From assembly GCA_013265495.1 (NCBI GenBank), contig MU058463.1:2937523-3001522 (forward strand): a stretch of 64,000 nucleotides of DNA, written 5' to 3'. Below are positions 51,745-64,000 of the stretch, piece by piece. Below the pieces are notes generated by a model, which ran no database searches, was not told where the DNA came from, and saw only the letters and a list, made by a program, of their open reading frames with translations. The position numbers were made by a program, and so were the translations under genes. Source of the DNA: Vicugna vicugna (Eukaryota). Each line of letters begins with the position of its first letter. The first letter of the stretch is position 1.

Positions 51745-51934
51745 TAAATTTATTTTATTTAAAAACTTTTATCAATGTCTTAAAAATTTTTTTATTAGAA
51801 TTATCTTTTTTTTAAGAGGGGGGCAGTAATTGGGTTTATTTATTTATTTATTTTAATGGAGGTACTGGGGATTGAACCCAGGACCTCGTGCACGCCAAGC
51901 ATGCACTTATCCACTGAGCTATCCCCTTCCCACC
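51745..51934 (-). mobile_element. tRNA-derived SINE (Vic-1-like, camelid) with TSD
   Basis: ggaggtactggggattgaacccaggacctcgtgcacgccaagcatgcacttatccactgagctat; TSD atggtagtttattttt (51729-51744) / atggcagtttattttt (51935-51950). Confidence 0.9.
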
Positions 51935-52394
51935 ATGGCAGTTTATTTTTAAACGTTGTAGTCTTTCCTCTGAATGATCCGTGAAAATTATTAGCGAGAA
52001 TTGTGTAAATATTAATTTTTGTTATTCTTATTCTTGCCCACTCCCCGTTTACCAACAGCGGTCTCAGAATGTTTAGTCTTACCACGAGAGCGTGATGGTG
52101 GTGGGAGGCTCCAGTGCACCAGGTCAGAGGGTTGGGAGATTAAATAAGAACACATGTCCTACAGCTGGCACGCAATCGGCCTTCAGTGACAGTCAGTCCC
52201 CACTTCGTTCTCACCTAAGGACATTTGAAATTTGACCCTTATCAGAAAGCCTTAAGTCAGAGTAATTAAGCCGTAATATTAACGTCTTAGAGGGTGGATG
52301 GCTGATGCCTGTTGTGAGTGTGGGACTGAGATGCTGGGAGGTCCTGAGTGGTCAGCTGACAGCTGGTTGATGAGAGTCCCTGTGTCCTCCAGGG

Positions 52395-52630
52395 GGGCCC
52401 GTGGGTTTGAACCAGAAAGTGGAGATAGATCATTTCAGCTCTGCCACTGTGCAGCCGTGTGGCTTCTGACATGGGGGTTACTTTTCCGGAGTCACTATTT
52501 CCTTAAATGCAAAGTGAGACAAATGACAGAGGTGACAGGACCAGTAGCAGTAATTTGTGCAAAACGCCTAGCCTAGCACAGCTCCTGATGCACCATCTCT
52601 TCTTAATAGTAATAATAATAAAAAATAATA
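52395..52630 (+). mobile_element. MIR SINE
   Basis: tttcagctctgccact...gtgtggcttc...tttccttaaatgcaaagtgag...tgtgcaaaacgcctagc. Confidence 0.6.
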
Positions 52631-55600
52631 GTCTGCTGCTCCTCTTCCTCTTTTTTCCTTTCTTTCTCCTTTCCCTCTTTCTTCATCAAGGGCAAAGCAT
52701 GAGCAAGCAGGAGCCACAATTCATCTAACAACTTTAAAAGCTTCAATTAAAAATAAAAAAACAAGCATTTTAAGTATCTTTAAAAGAAATTAGAGCTATT
52801 GAGCAAATAAAGAGAGGATGGTACAAATGTATGTAGATTTTATACCTTCCTAGTTGTGGCTGGAAAATCAAATTATTGAGCCAGGGTCACCACCATAATG
52901 GAATTTCAAGGAGCAAAATAATAGTCGAAAAAGGGGAAGATATTTTTGTATATTTGCCTGCTGGGTGGAGATGCAGTTTTTGCCTTTCACAATGAGAACT
53001 ACATTAAAGATGCAGTGATTTTGTTCATTAACTCAATTACAAAACATAATTAATATTAATAATACCCTACATATTAATATTACCCTACTTAGAATGCTCA
53101 TCTGTTTATAAATACCCTACCAAACACACAGAAAACATTTTACTTTCACAGAGTTGTAGATCACCAATTGTAATTTTACATTCACATAAGAATAGAACAT
53201 CATTTCACAAAAAGAAATCACCAATTGTCCTCTTCCCTGGGATTCAACTCAATAATATATTTCTGAAATGACAATAAAAACATTGGAACAGAATAAGCAA
53301 AAGTTTCATAGAACGTAGTTTAGTGACCTATAGGTAGGTATACATGGAGCCGACCATTCTACCCACATAAGTAGAAAAGTAATTGTGATCCTCAAATGAC
53401 AAAAAGACTGTATGTGACATTTTCTTTCTAAATTATTTCTGAGTGATTGCCTTATTCTATTTTAAATCTCTATTTTTAAGCAGGTTCGATGACACTAACA
53501 AAGAATCTTTCGGGAGAATAGTACAGAGGAGAATCACAATTTAAAATGTAAAATTCATAACTCTAAACAATATTTGAAACAAAAGTGCAGGAAACGTGGT
53601 TCTTTATTTTGCTCGATGAAGACAGAGGGGAGAACGAAGTGGGGAAAATAGTCCATGTAAAGACATCGGAGTCCTAAGGCACTGACACTTCCCTAATGGA
53701 CTACAGTGCACATAAAAATAATTAATCATGGGGAGAAGGCATTGCCGAGGTTAGAACTGAGGTCTCTGGTTTTTAATGGAAATGTTCTATGCCTGAGCTA
53801 ACAGAACAAGCTCCCCAGCTCACGCATTAGGGCATCTGTCACACTTAACTCAGAATAGTTCAGGAGTTCAGTAAAATATCAGATCGAGTTCAGCACTTTT
53901 ATTTCTCAGGGTATTAAAACTATATATAATAAGGAAAAAAAGGGGTTGTGATGAACTATCTAACATGGTGGGTGGAACATCAAAGAGGTTAAACTTAGAA
54001 TTTCTGAAATCTCCAGGAAAAAAATTTCCCCTGTAATAGCTATTTCATTCTGTAAGACTTTTGCTGTTACTTCATGTGAGATTCTGAAGACATTGACGTA
54101 ATGATAAGCAGATATAAAAGGGAAACACATAGGCTGCGTTAGAAAGAAGAAGTCCTGAATGTATTTCATTGCTTAATTTAATAAACCAGGTTCATGTACT
54201 TATAATTTTGGGCTCCTGGAGAAAGTATATAGAGGTAGAATTAGGATCTTTAGGGGAACAAACTGATGGTTAAATTGTACACTTCCTTTTTCTGTGGGTA
54301 TTTATGGAAAAGAACTTCTTCTTAAGGTCTGGGAGGGGTTGGGGAGGTGGTTTTCCAGTGGACCGGGCTCCCGAGGAAAGCAGAAAGGAATGGAGTCCTG
54401 AGAAATGCACGTTCAGTGCATTCAAAGACTTGATTTCCTTGGTCCATTGAAGTCGATGAACACACTGTCATCACCCGGTAATAGACTAAATTCTTTCAGT
54501 CCCAGCACTAATTCTGGGAGTAGTTAATATACTGGTACTTGAAGAATTTTTCTTACTAAGTAGGATGCTTTGCAGAAGTGACCACAATTGGGATGGAGGT
54601 GTTGGATGCATGAAGGGCTGATGTTGGTGTAGGAGCTCTGTTTGAGAGGCTGGGAGAGGAATTGTGCGTAAAACACGCGGAAGCTAGCACAGAGGTAATA
54701 ACTTTCGACGACTAAAATGCTGTTCTAATTTTTTAACCTACAGACTGGACTTCACACTCCTGCTTCATTTTTTTTTTTTTTAATCTCGTGAGCTCCCTAT
54801 GGTTGAATGACAATGTTAAGACCTTCAGGACAGTAGTCCTGGACAGGACCGGGTCACTCTGCCCTCTGCCAGCCTCCTCCGCTCCCCCACCCCAAGGGAA
54901 GAGGAGGGAGAGGCTATCTGGGGCCACCCTTGGGGGGATAAGTCTAGCTTCTCACGAAGCCTCTTTGCCAGAAAGGCTTGGACTTCTGGGGCTGGAGCAT
55001 TCTTCTGTTTCTTGTGGGTGTCCATCTGCTCTGAATTCTGCCTTTTGTGGTTTGGGGTTATTGATGATTATCATGGGAGGAGACAGTGTTTCTTCTCCGA
55101 ATCGAATGCACGCAAAGAACACCACATGATTCACAAATACTTGGCTTTGATTTGTTGAAATCGCAAGTCCCAGAGTACAGCTCTGGGGAAGGTGGGAGGA
55201 GGGCAATCAATCTTTTTCCTCCAATAAGCACTGGTGTTACTAGGTGCGGCGACTCACTCTATGACCCGATCTTTTGCTCGGTGGAGATTACATATTAATG
55301 TTTTGAGAGAGCTGGAGAGATGGGGTTGAGCCATCTGGGGAGAGACACGAGAGGATTTGCCTGGACTTAAAAAGGCTGGCTCTTTGAAATACTCCGAGTT
55401 TTCCAAAGCATCAATTAGCTCAGATGAAAATGTAAATCAAAGAAAAACTTTCTCAATCTTTTAAAATATAAATTCCTAAGTCCGTTTCCTGGCCCATCTT
55501 TTAGGTGTCCCCACCCCCACTTCCCCCTGTGAGCGTGATGGTAAGTTACAGTTTTAAGTTTATCTATTATGTTAGGAGGATGGCTTTCCAAAGAACAAGA

Positions 55601-55719
55601 ACAGCAGCAAGAAACCCTGTGATTTTAAACATACATGTACTAGAAAGCTCTTGAAGAGAAGCTTAGGATGGGGTATACAATTATTTAAATTTTTATATAG
55701 GTTTTTTTTTTTAACTCAA

Positions 55720-55960
55720 ACACTAAAATCAGTTGTAAGATTCAAATATAGTCTCTACACTTAATAATTTTGTGACTTTGAGCAAGTTGATTTCTCTGAA
55801 TATCCTTATCCTCGCCTGTAAAAGGAGATGATAATGGAACCTATTTCCTACTGTTGTTTTGAGGGATAAATAAGATGACAAAATAAAATGCCTGGGTGCT
55901 GTCAGGCACCTGAGAACTTTTTTACAAAATATTAGCTATTCTTGTAACTGTTGTCATCAT
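55720..55960 (+). mobile_element. MIR SINE
   Basis: tgtgactttgagcaagtt...cctgtaaaaggagatgataatggaacctatttc...gggataaataagatg. Confidence 0.7.
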
Positions 55961-57829
55961 TATATCTGTTCCCCAGCTGGGTTTTATTTTTGTTCTCTAT
56001 TCTAGAATTTTCTGTGTTCAGATTATCAAGAAGTAAATTGAACTGAATTGATCATGGATATATTTTCTTGTTCAGTTTTTAGCTGCAAGATTTGCTGTGA
56101 CCCACACTGTCTACGTCCACAAATTTCTGCTCTGCCACTTTGCAAATCATTCACATACATAGAAACACCCTGGAATGCTTGTCGCCTACACATACTAACA
56201 TCTCAATTTGAACAATTTGCTTATTTTTTCTTGTTTGCTCAAAATTCTTAATTTTTAAAGTTTTTGTTTCTGCAATGCAATCTTTCAAATGAGTTTGTTT
56301 TCCATCATAGTTTTATGGGATCTATAATGAATATTTAATTGCTTCACCCTTCTTTCATCTGAATGCTATTAATTAAGCTTGTGTATGTTTCCCTTTTCCC
56401 TGGTGTTCCCGGAGCAATCTTTTAACTCATAGCTACTTTCCATTTAAAAAAACCAATCTTCAGTTCCTCTTCTTCCTCTTTCTGCTTTCCCCTGCCTGTC
56501 TTTTTTTTTTTCTCCAGGCCCCAAAGTGAAGCCTTGAAAACTCTTTGCCTCTTGGCTGCAACCTGCTGGGCTGTGTCGGGGCTCTCCCATCATGACAGAG
56601 TGGATCGCCAGAAACTTGTCCTAACACACTGCTCTTCCTTGTAATCCCTTCCCGTGTGGGAAGCAAACCGAGTACATTCTCTGCCTTCCTTGGGCACATA
56701 ATTACTTCCCCTCGTGCGGCAGAGCTTCCTGTAGGACAACCAGAGAGCAACCGTGTTCAGAAGCCAGCTGACAGGAGAATGCCTGCCAGCATCCTCCTTC
56801 TATGAGGCTATTATGTTCGAGGAAGGCTTTAGCAGCCCAAGCATCAGCTTTCAAATGCCAGGTTCAAATTCTGACTTGGCCTTTTGTCTTCACATAACAT
56901 TGGAGTAATGCTGGTGTGGCTGTGTGTTGGGCGGGGAATTGCTAAGCAGGAATACTGCTGCAGCAACCTTTCAAATGACCCCAGGGCCCAGGGAAATACT
57001 GATATTGTCTTTGTATTATGGACATCATAGCTGTCCCCCAACCGAGAAATAATTTTCCATGCATCTCAGAACTTTATGTTTTGGGAGAAACTCTTTGATG
57101 TTTCTCCTGCATTTTTCTTCCATTAAAAATGGGGATAATGTCAGTTTTGCCAGTTTCTAAACAAAGCTGGGGGCATCCCTTAGATATTTCTAACGTTAGC
57201 AAGATACAGAATCAGACAAATGCTTTTGCGATCACTATTAACTGCTGATTTATGTTGCTTTGTGACATACCTCTTCACTTTCACATGGAATTTTAAAACT
57301 TGTATAAGGTCATTGAATATATAGCTGGGGTTTGAACTTAGCCTGTGTGTGATCTTTCTATCACTGCATGCAATTCCTGACACTCTACTATGGAAAGATA
57401 GCCCCAGATTCTTGGGAAACTTTCACCAAGTCTTGGGGTCACTCAATATCAATCCTAGCAGGGAGCTGGAATCCAGAAGGCAGCAGCTCAGCTGAACATG
57501 GAAAACATCTGAGTCAGGGATTCTTCTCCTACTCCGAGCCCTGCCCTTGCTAAAGACTGCAACTACTTTTATTTGCATTTTAGCCTTTAAGTTAATTAAT
57601 GGGAATTAATACGTGTGTAAGAACTTCGGAAATTTCCCAAAGGCTCATTATAAATTTAGTGTAAAAAGAGCAGTGGATATTTTTTTTAAAGATAGGGCTC
57701 TCATTAAATTTTTAGGTTATTAATAAAAACATTTTTACCAGGGCAAGTTTAGTGTGAATGCTGGGATGAAGATTTCAGTTAACACACTTGAGCCATATTC
57801 AACTGATTTCAACAAAAGAAGTCATATAG

Positions 57830-57853
57830 GGTGTGTGTGTGTGTGTGTGTGTG
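57830..57853. repeat. (GT)n microsatellite
   Basis: About 12 GT units. Confidence 0.9.
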
Positions 57854-58779
57854 TTAGAGTGGAGAGGAGGGAAGGGAAGGCTGGTAGTGAGAAAAATGAA
57901 AGGATGCCAGAAAAGCACATATTCATAATTTTCTTCCATTAGGAAACAGGTTCCCAGTTTAACTGTTTGGATTATTTAATCATCTAAAATCTCCTCTGCT
58001 ACCACAGGATAGAGCAGAGAAAAATGGCACTTAGTATATATAAAAGCAGAACTGAGTGTCTGCTTATTTGGAAATTTATACCGGTTTATTCATTTATGAT
58101 CACCAGCTAGGTAGCCTGATCAATGATAATAGGAAATCTTTATGAGGAACGTGGTGTGAGCCAACTCCACTGTTTCCGCAGAGAGTAAGTGCACAAAGGT
58201 AAATCTTAGGACAAACAGGAAAGTGGCTTAACTTTTGTATGCTCTTCCTGACTGTCTTTAAATACAGGCTTATCCTGGCTGGACCTCTGTGGGCTTTCCT
58301 CTGGCTTAGTATCCCACTGTTTAGAGTCACAAAGTGCCATTCTCCCATTGCACATGCATCCTTTTTGTGTACTTCAAAAGGTCATGCTGGATACGCTTGC
58401 AAACCCTAGTAACTATGTCACTCCTTTGCCAGGCAGCTGGTCCTGTTATAAGACAATAGAGAAGTGATAGATCTTTGTTAGAGCACACCTCACCTGGGGG
58501 CGGACTCTCCTCCCCTCAGCTCCCACCCAAGCACCCAGCCCTGTGCTCAGAACAGTCGGGTGGGGACCATCACAGTTGTTACACAGCACTTTCAAAATAC
58601 TGGAGGAGCTTTGGCTCTCTCATCTAATTTATCTTCCTGGGTTAAATGTGGTGGGTGAAGAGAAGGGAGGAATAAGGGTGATGTTAGCAGTTGGGGGAAG
58701 GGCCATTTGCAGATAGGAAGACTAGGAGAGGAATAAGATTGGGAGGGGGAAATGGCAAGAATTCTCATTATGGACATGA

Positions 58780-59315
58780 TAAGTTTGCAATGAATCCATG
58801 ACAAGAACACAGAAAACTAAGGAAACAAACAGTTATGATCATTTGAATGGCCAGAAATAATGAAAAATATGCAAGGTAGGAAAGGTAATCACTGTTTATC
58901 CCTCAACTTAGCCTTGAATGGTACATGGAGTCAAAATAATGTCCATGCTGAGCATTGATCTAATCAAGCATTTAAAATAACTATATTGGGAGGAGAGGGT
59001 GTGAGAAGTGGGTGTTTGTGGATGATGGAGATGAGGATGGAAAGAGTGTTTGGTGCTAATCTTCCATGTGGGAAGTCAATAGATAATGTTTGGAACTGAA
59101 AAAGTCAAGAAATAGAACATAAATATGTCATTTAGAAATATGGAAGTAAATACTAACAGAGTCAGCTGCAAATGTTAAAAGTAGTTGCCTCTGAAGAAGG
59201 GGAAGTTGGAATGGTAGGAGATAAAGGCTAATGACAGCAGATTGTCAACAAAACTTGTAAACCTGGGTGACTCTTTAAAGTAGGGGCATACACAATTTTA
59301 ATAAAAATAAGAGCT
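58780..59315 (+). mobile_element. Old L1 (L1MC/L1ME-type) 3' fragment
   Basis: aaagtagttgcctctg...gactctttaaa...catacacaattttaataaaaataa 3' end. Confidence 0.55.
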
Positions 59316-59439
59316 TAAAAATTTTAAGAGAACCAACCATCAGGACAGTTAACCCTACAAGCATATCTAAATCCCACGGCGAACCCAGAACTGGTACAAG
59401 GCTAAAAAGAGGGAGGCTGCCATTGGGAGTTCTCCCACA

Positions 59440-59600
59440 GGTATCATAGCCCATTTACTTCTGATAGTAGTCTGCTAGGATAGATATTTGTGTTACCATT
59501 TTACAGATAAGGAAACTGAGGCTTAGGGAGGTGACGATTCATCCACTCATTCACTTATTCAATATATATTTATGGATTGTCTCTTCTGCACCAACCAGAC
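59440..59600 (-). mobile_element. MIR core abutting an L2 tail
   Basis: ccattttacagataaggaaactgaggcttagggaggt followed by attcatccactcattcacttattcaa. Confidence 0.75.
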
Positions 59601-61869
59601 TAAAAACTGGCCATTGACTTTTTAGACTCTAGGGTTTATATTTTTCCCTTATACCCTCCTATCTCCCGTGAAAACAGATCTCCTAAATTAGAGAAATTTC
59701 ATGGAAAGACTCTTTTAAAGAATATGATTTTAAAGGGAATGAGAGGTTTTAAAAATATATAATTCTGACTATGCAAGTGAGACTAATTTAAGTGAGAAGG
59801 AAATGAGATTGAAGATCAGGGGACCCAAAATAGCTACAATATTAACTCACTCATGAGCTCAGATTTTTTAATGTACCGAATAAGACAGAAAGAGCTCATG
59901 ACCAAGAAGAAGTACAGAAGAGAGGTGCAAACCTGTAAGATTTGAGTCCGAATGGTTGTGGAACAATGCAAGGTAAAGTTTTATAAATATTCAAAATCAC
60001 CACAAGTAACTAGAAAGATTGTGGAAAGGGAAGGTATGTGTCTGCTCTTCATTGATGTTATGATATTAACAGATATCAAAGAAAGAGCCAACATTTTCTT
60101 AAATTCAGTTTGTGTCTGTTTTCTTCATCAAGGGCGATGGTTTCTAAATAGAAAAGAATAAAATATATTCCTGAGAGGTGGTTGAAGCCCAAAGCATAAG
60201 AAGAGATAGTGAGTTAATGCTTTGAGAATTTATAAAAATTTAAATAGGTTTAGTTTCCCAAACCCAGTAGAATTGTAGGTTGTTGACGTTTTCTGTACTT
60301 TTGACCATCTATGAAAATCAAATGATTCAACCCGGAGCCCTGGGACACAGGAGTTATAATAAAATAGTGAGCAAAATTGTAAAATGCTGATGTATTAAGG
60401 CTCAAGATATAAGAAGCATTGGTTGGCTAGAGCTTTAGCTGAGAGGAAAGGTGGCTTCCTAGAAAAGACATGAATTCCTTAAACACCAGGTATGAGCCAC
60501 CAGAGCTTCGAAGGCATTGACAGCAGAGCTGGCCCCTTTGGATGGCAGAGCTCTTCACCAGAGCACTTGGTGGCCTCATGTTCATGGTTGCCCCTTTGGC
60601 TGTCTGCGGCTACAAGATGACCAAAATGGTAGAAGCACCTTGGTAACCAGGAAGAGGAGGAGTTTCTAGAAGAAAGATGAAAGCCCTTTTTGGGAATTCC
60701 CGGAGCTATTTCAAAGGAATTTGAAGAGAATTGAAATTCTTAAGAAATTGGTGGGAACAGAGCAAAAACCATTCTATTTTGTCACTATTGTTACAGGTCA
60801 AATCCATTCTTCTTGGGTTTTCAGAGACATTATTGACCCTGCTGTAAGCCTGTGTTGCTGATAGCTGATCTGTATTAATAGTCCAGGTAATTTTTACGTT
60901 TGGACAGTGCATTCTTATAGGATATTTTGATCCAAAGTGATGAGTTCCTAATGGTAGACAGTTAGCCCCTGCTAGAGTATGCCTTAGCAGAGGACCATTT
61001 CCCCGTGCCTCTCATATTTCTCATAACTGGTGTTCCATCATTGCTTGCCCAGTGTTTTCATAGTGTCTATTTGGATCCTCCATCTCTTTCTCTTTATTAG
61101 GGTCTCTGAATTATTTTCTGATTTCCACTGATGCATGTCAACCGAAGTAGGAGTGTGTAGATGCACTTGTAAGGTCTAGAGAATCGTTCCCTTCATACTG
61201 TTGAAAGAGATACAAAGAACACACTAACGGGAATGACTTCATGTTTCAGATGTTTAACAAATGTTATGAGCCGGAGTGTGTATCTCAAATGTATATTTAT
61301 ATAGTTGAGCACCATAGGATGTGTCTTCAGGGTGCCGTTGTAAACAAGCTGTCAAGCCCAACTGGTTTATCTTGGGGGAAAAAAAACAACTCTTGTTGCA
61401 AATGCCGTTTGCAAACCTTGGAAGAAACATTCACTAATCGAATCGACTGAGCAATTTTAAAAACACGGAGTCCTGTGCTATCTGTTCAGAAATCCAAAGC
61501 TTAGGCCTTTTTCTATTTAGGCTTTGGGAAAGCTATTTTAAAAATTAAAAGTCAGTTAGTTAACAAATTGCTTCAAAATTTTTGCAACTGTTACTGTGTT
61601 TTCTTACTTTTCTAGAAACCAAATTAAATTGATTTTTAGTCAATATATAATATGGAGAGTAAGCATCAGACTTTTGGATAAAGTTAATATATTCACTTTC
61701 TCATTCTTCTGCTTTTATTAGAGAATAAGCAACCTTAAACAAATATTCTTAATTTCTATGATTAAATCTGAAGTCGTTTTCATCTTAAACGTGAAACGCT
61801 AGAATTCCTAAAGTAAAATTTTCCTGATTACATTTAATTTTAAGGCTTTTCCATGAGGAGAATCAATGG

Positions 61870-62260
61870 AGGAGAGGATCAACTTCAGCAGTATCAGAGT
61901 TTAGAGTAGGGGAGACTATAGCCAAAGGCAACAGGGAAGGCTTCCTGGAGGAAGGGAGATTTGAATTAGGCTTTGGAGAATAAAAAGAATATCCACAGAT
62001 GGGTTCCAGTATGAGGACATTCAGGAAAGAGGGAAAACGGGGAAATCTAGGCATGTCTAGGAAATAACGGCTAAAGCGATGTAGAATAAAACGTATGTAT
62101 ATAAATGGTAGATCCCATGAAGGACCTCTCACAGCGATTCAGGAAAGAAAATGCGGTAGAGGCAATTTGTTCTTTTATTTATTGATTCATTTGTTTGGCT
62201 GCTGTTTACTGAGCTCCTCCTACATGCCAGGTACTGCTGTGGGCAATGTTTATTAAGGAG
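61870..62260 (-). mobile_element. L2 fragments
   Basis: cagggaaggcttcctggaggaaggg...tttgaattaggctttg; tttactgagctcctcctacatgccaggtactg. Confidence 0.65.
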
Positions 62261-64000
62261 GGGATGTGTGAAAGAAATGACGCGAAGCCTTGGACAGAAT
62301 ATGAAGACATGTAGGTATCAGGTATGCAGGCGAGGATGAAGTCCTCAGGCGTTCAGAAGAAAATCACCAATATGTCTGAGAGAAAAGTGCCTTGTACTGG
62401 AGCCCAAGGAGTTAAACTAAGTCTAAATGGGAAAAAAAAAAATCCTGTAGCATTGACTTCCGTTCATTAATTCAACACGGTTTTAATGGAGCCCCCTACT
62501 CTGGGCAAAGCGCCGTGACAGCAGGGGAAGGGATTCTGCCCTTCCTTCTAGGATGTGTTGCAGCAGCGCACAAGCCTGGCTGGGACGGTGAGAGCTCAGG
62601 GCATAGAGGGCGTGTGACCTCCCTTGATGGGGCAGGAAGCTCTCTGGGCTCCCGCGGCCCTCAGGCCATTTTTGTGGACATCGGCTATCTTTGAACTACC
62701 GATTTGCAGAAGTGCCAACTATTAATAGACAGTGGAAAGCAGAGTTTACTGTAAGAGGCTGACAAATATAGATCTGAGATATCATTATACTGCTAATTTC
62801 TCTTCTGCCCGCAAAAGCTTTGCTGGCCTGTGGGCATCTTCCTTTCTTTTGCTCTTCTCACTAGCGCACCAGAATAATGGCTGGGTCCCAACCTACTCTG
62901 GGTCTGTCTGCAAACAGAGGGCACAAGTTAAAAACAAATTCTGTTATCTTAGACCCAGATTCTTATTTTCATTATTTATCGTCTGACTTAAAAGGACCAA
63001 ACATTTCTTCTCCATCCTTTCCTCCTCTCTCCCCTCCGAGCAGCCCAGAGCATTTGGACTTATATTTATTTTCATGCATGATTTACAAGCCCTCTCTTTG
63101 GGAATTCTGAAGCGAGGTCCTTCACTAATAGAGGATCCTGAAGTCATGTCAGGGAAAGATCTACTTTTGTTTAATGGAGCAATAAACTGGTTATGGAGTC
63201 TCCTTAGAACTTTTTTAAAAGACTGCTGTAGGCAATAGTTTGAATGTCTTCCAAATTCTGAGCCAGTCTTTCTCAGTCTTAAATAATTGCAGAGCTGGCA
63301 CATTTTTGTGATTATCCCAGTGATAGCCTCCCCCAGAAACAGAGCAAAAGGCTCTTAAAATATGTTCCACACTGTGGTTCTTTACATTCATAAAGGTTAA
63401 AATAAAATAAATAGTTCAAACTTCCTGGAGTTTCAGCTACAACTTGAAAAAAATATCCGTGTGCCTCCACTTGTGAAAACGTTTAGATAAATCTCAGATA
63501 TGTTTTTCAAGGGTAATATTATGGAATTTGTATCCATGAATGCAGAAACATAGTGTTGTGGATTTTTAAGTGAATGATAAATATCAGTTTATAGTTTTCA
63601 CTGTAGTGTTGAATTGCTTATCTAGAGTAAGCCATGGTGGAATTATGGCTTGGGACTTTTAACCATTTTTCCCCCCATGGAACTGTTTTCTAGTGCCTCA
63701 ACTTTGCCCTCTAAATTTGTTACAAAATATTCTATTTCGATTCTATTTCCTTATAGACTTCCTTGCCGGTAGGTATTTTAAAACATCATGGTAATATATT
63801 ATTTCTGTGGTTTGTACTTTTTTTCATTTTAACCTTGCAGTTTAGGACTATTTTTCTGCCCTTTAATAAGGTAAATCTATTTTTCTTATCTGCTTATATA
63901 ATGCTGAAGGATTTAACTTGAAGTTTTGCTTTCTTAATAATGCATTATGAAACTAGAAGGTGTAATTTACGTTTGAAGGATGAGACTATCTTTATCAGAA

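Noticed and set aside
51855..51932. tRNA gene
   Set aside because: A and B boxes are present, but the A-rich tail, TSD and absence of a full cloverleaf identify it as a tRNA-derived SINE; the same applies at 45.7-45.8 kb.

Overview
This window is mammalian non-coding genomic DNA. A camelid source is inferred from two short tRNA-derived Vic-1-type SINEs and cetartiodactyl-type L1 3' ends. No protein-coding gene, rRNA, tRNA or CRISPR array is supported. The listed ORFs are chance ORFs, microsatellite translations or decayed LINE ORF2 remnants. The first ~14 kb is nearly free of transposons. It holds a CpG-island edge with NRF1 motifs (1-160), smaller CpG-rich patches (~1.9-2.3, 6.6 and 8.3-9.2 kb), an RE1/REST consensus match and homeodomain/TALE-motif-rich blocks. 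That layout is typical of the flank of a developmental regulator gene, but I could not identify the gene from the sequence. The rest looks like gene desert or long intron, with MIR, L2, L1, MLT1, MER2 and microsatellites. The most unusual structures are (i) a ~350-bp local duplication bracketed by a perfect 18-bp direct repeat with fold-back palindromes at both junctions, (ii) a ~230-bp inverted duplication spanning 1.45 kb, (iii) two L1 3' ends inside one apparent target-site duplication (TSD), (iv) an ancient CR1/L3-like RT remnant and (v) plus-strand recursive-splice and micro-exon motifs. I found no evidence for a new multi-gene system. Repeat families and boundaries were read by eye and are approximate.
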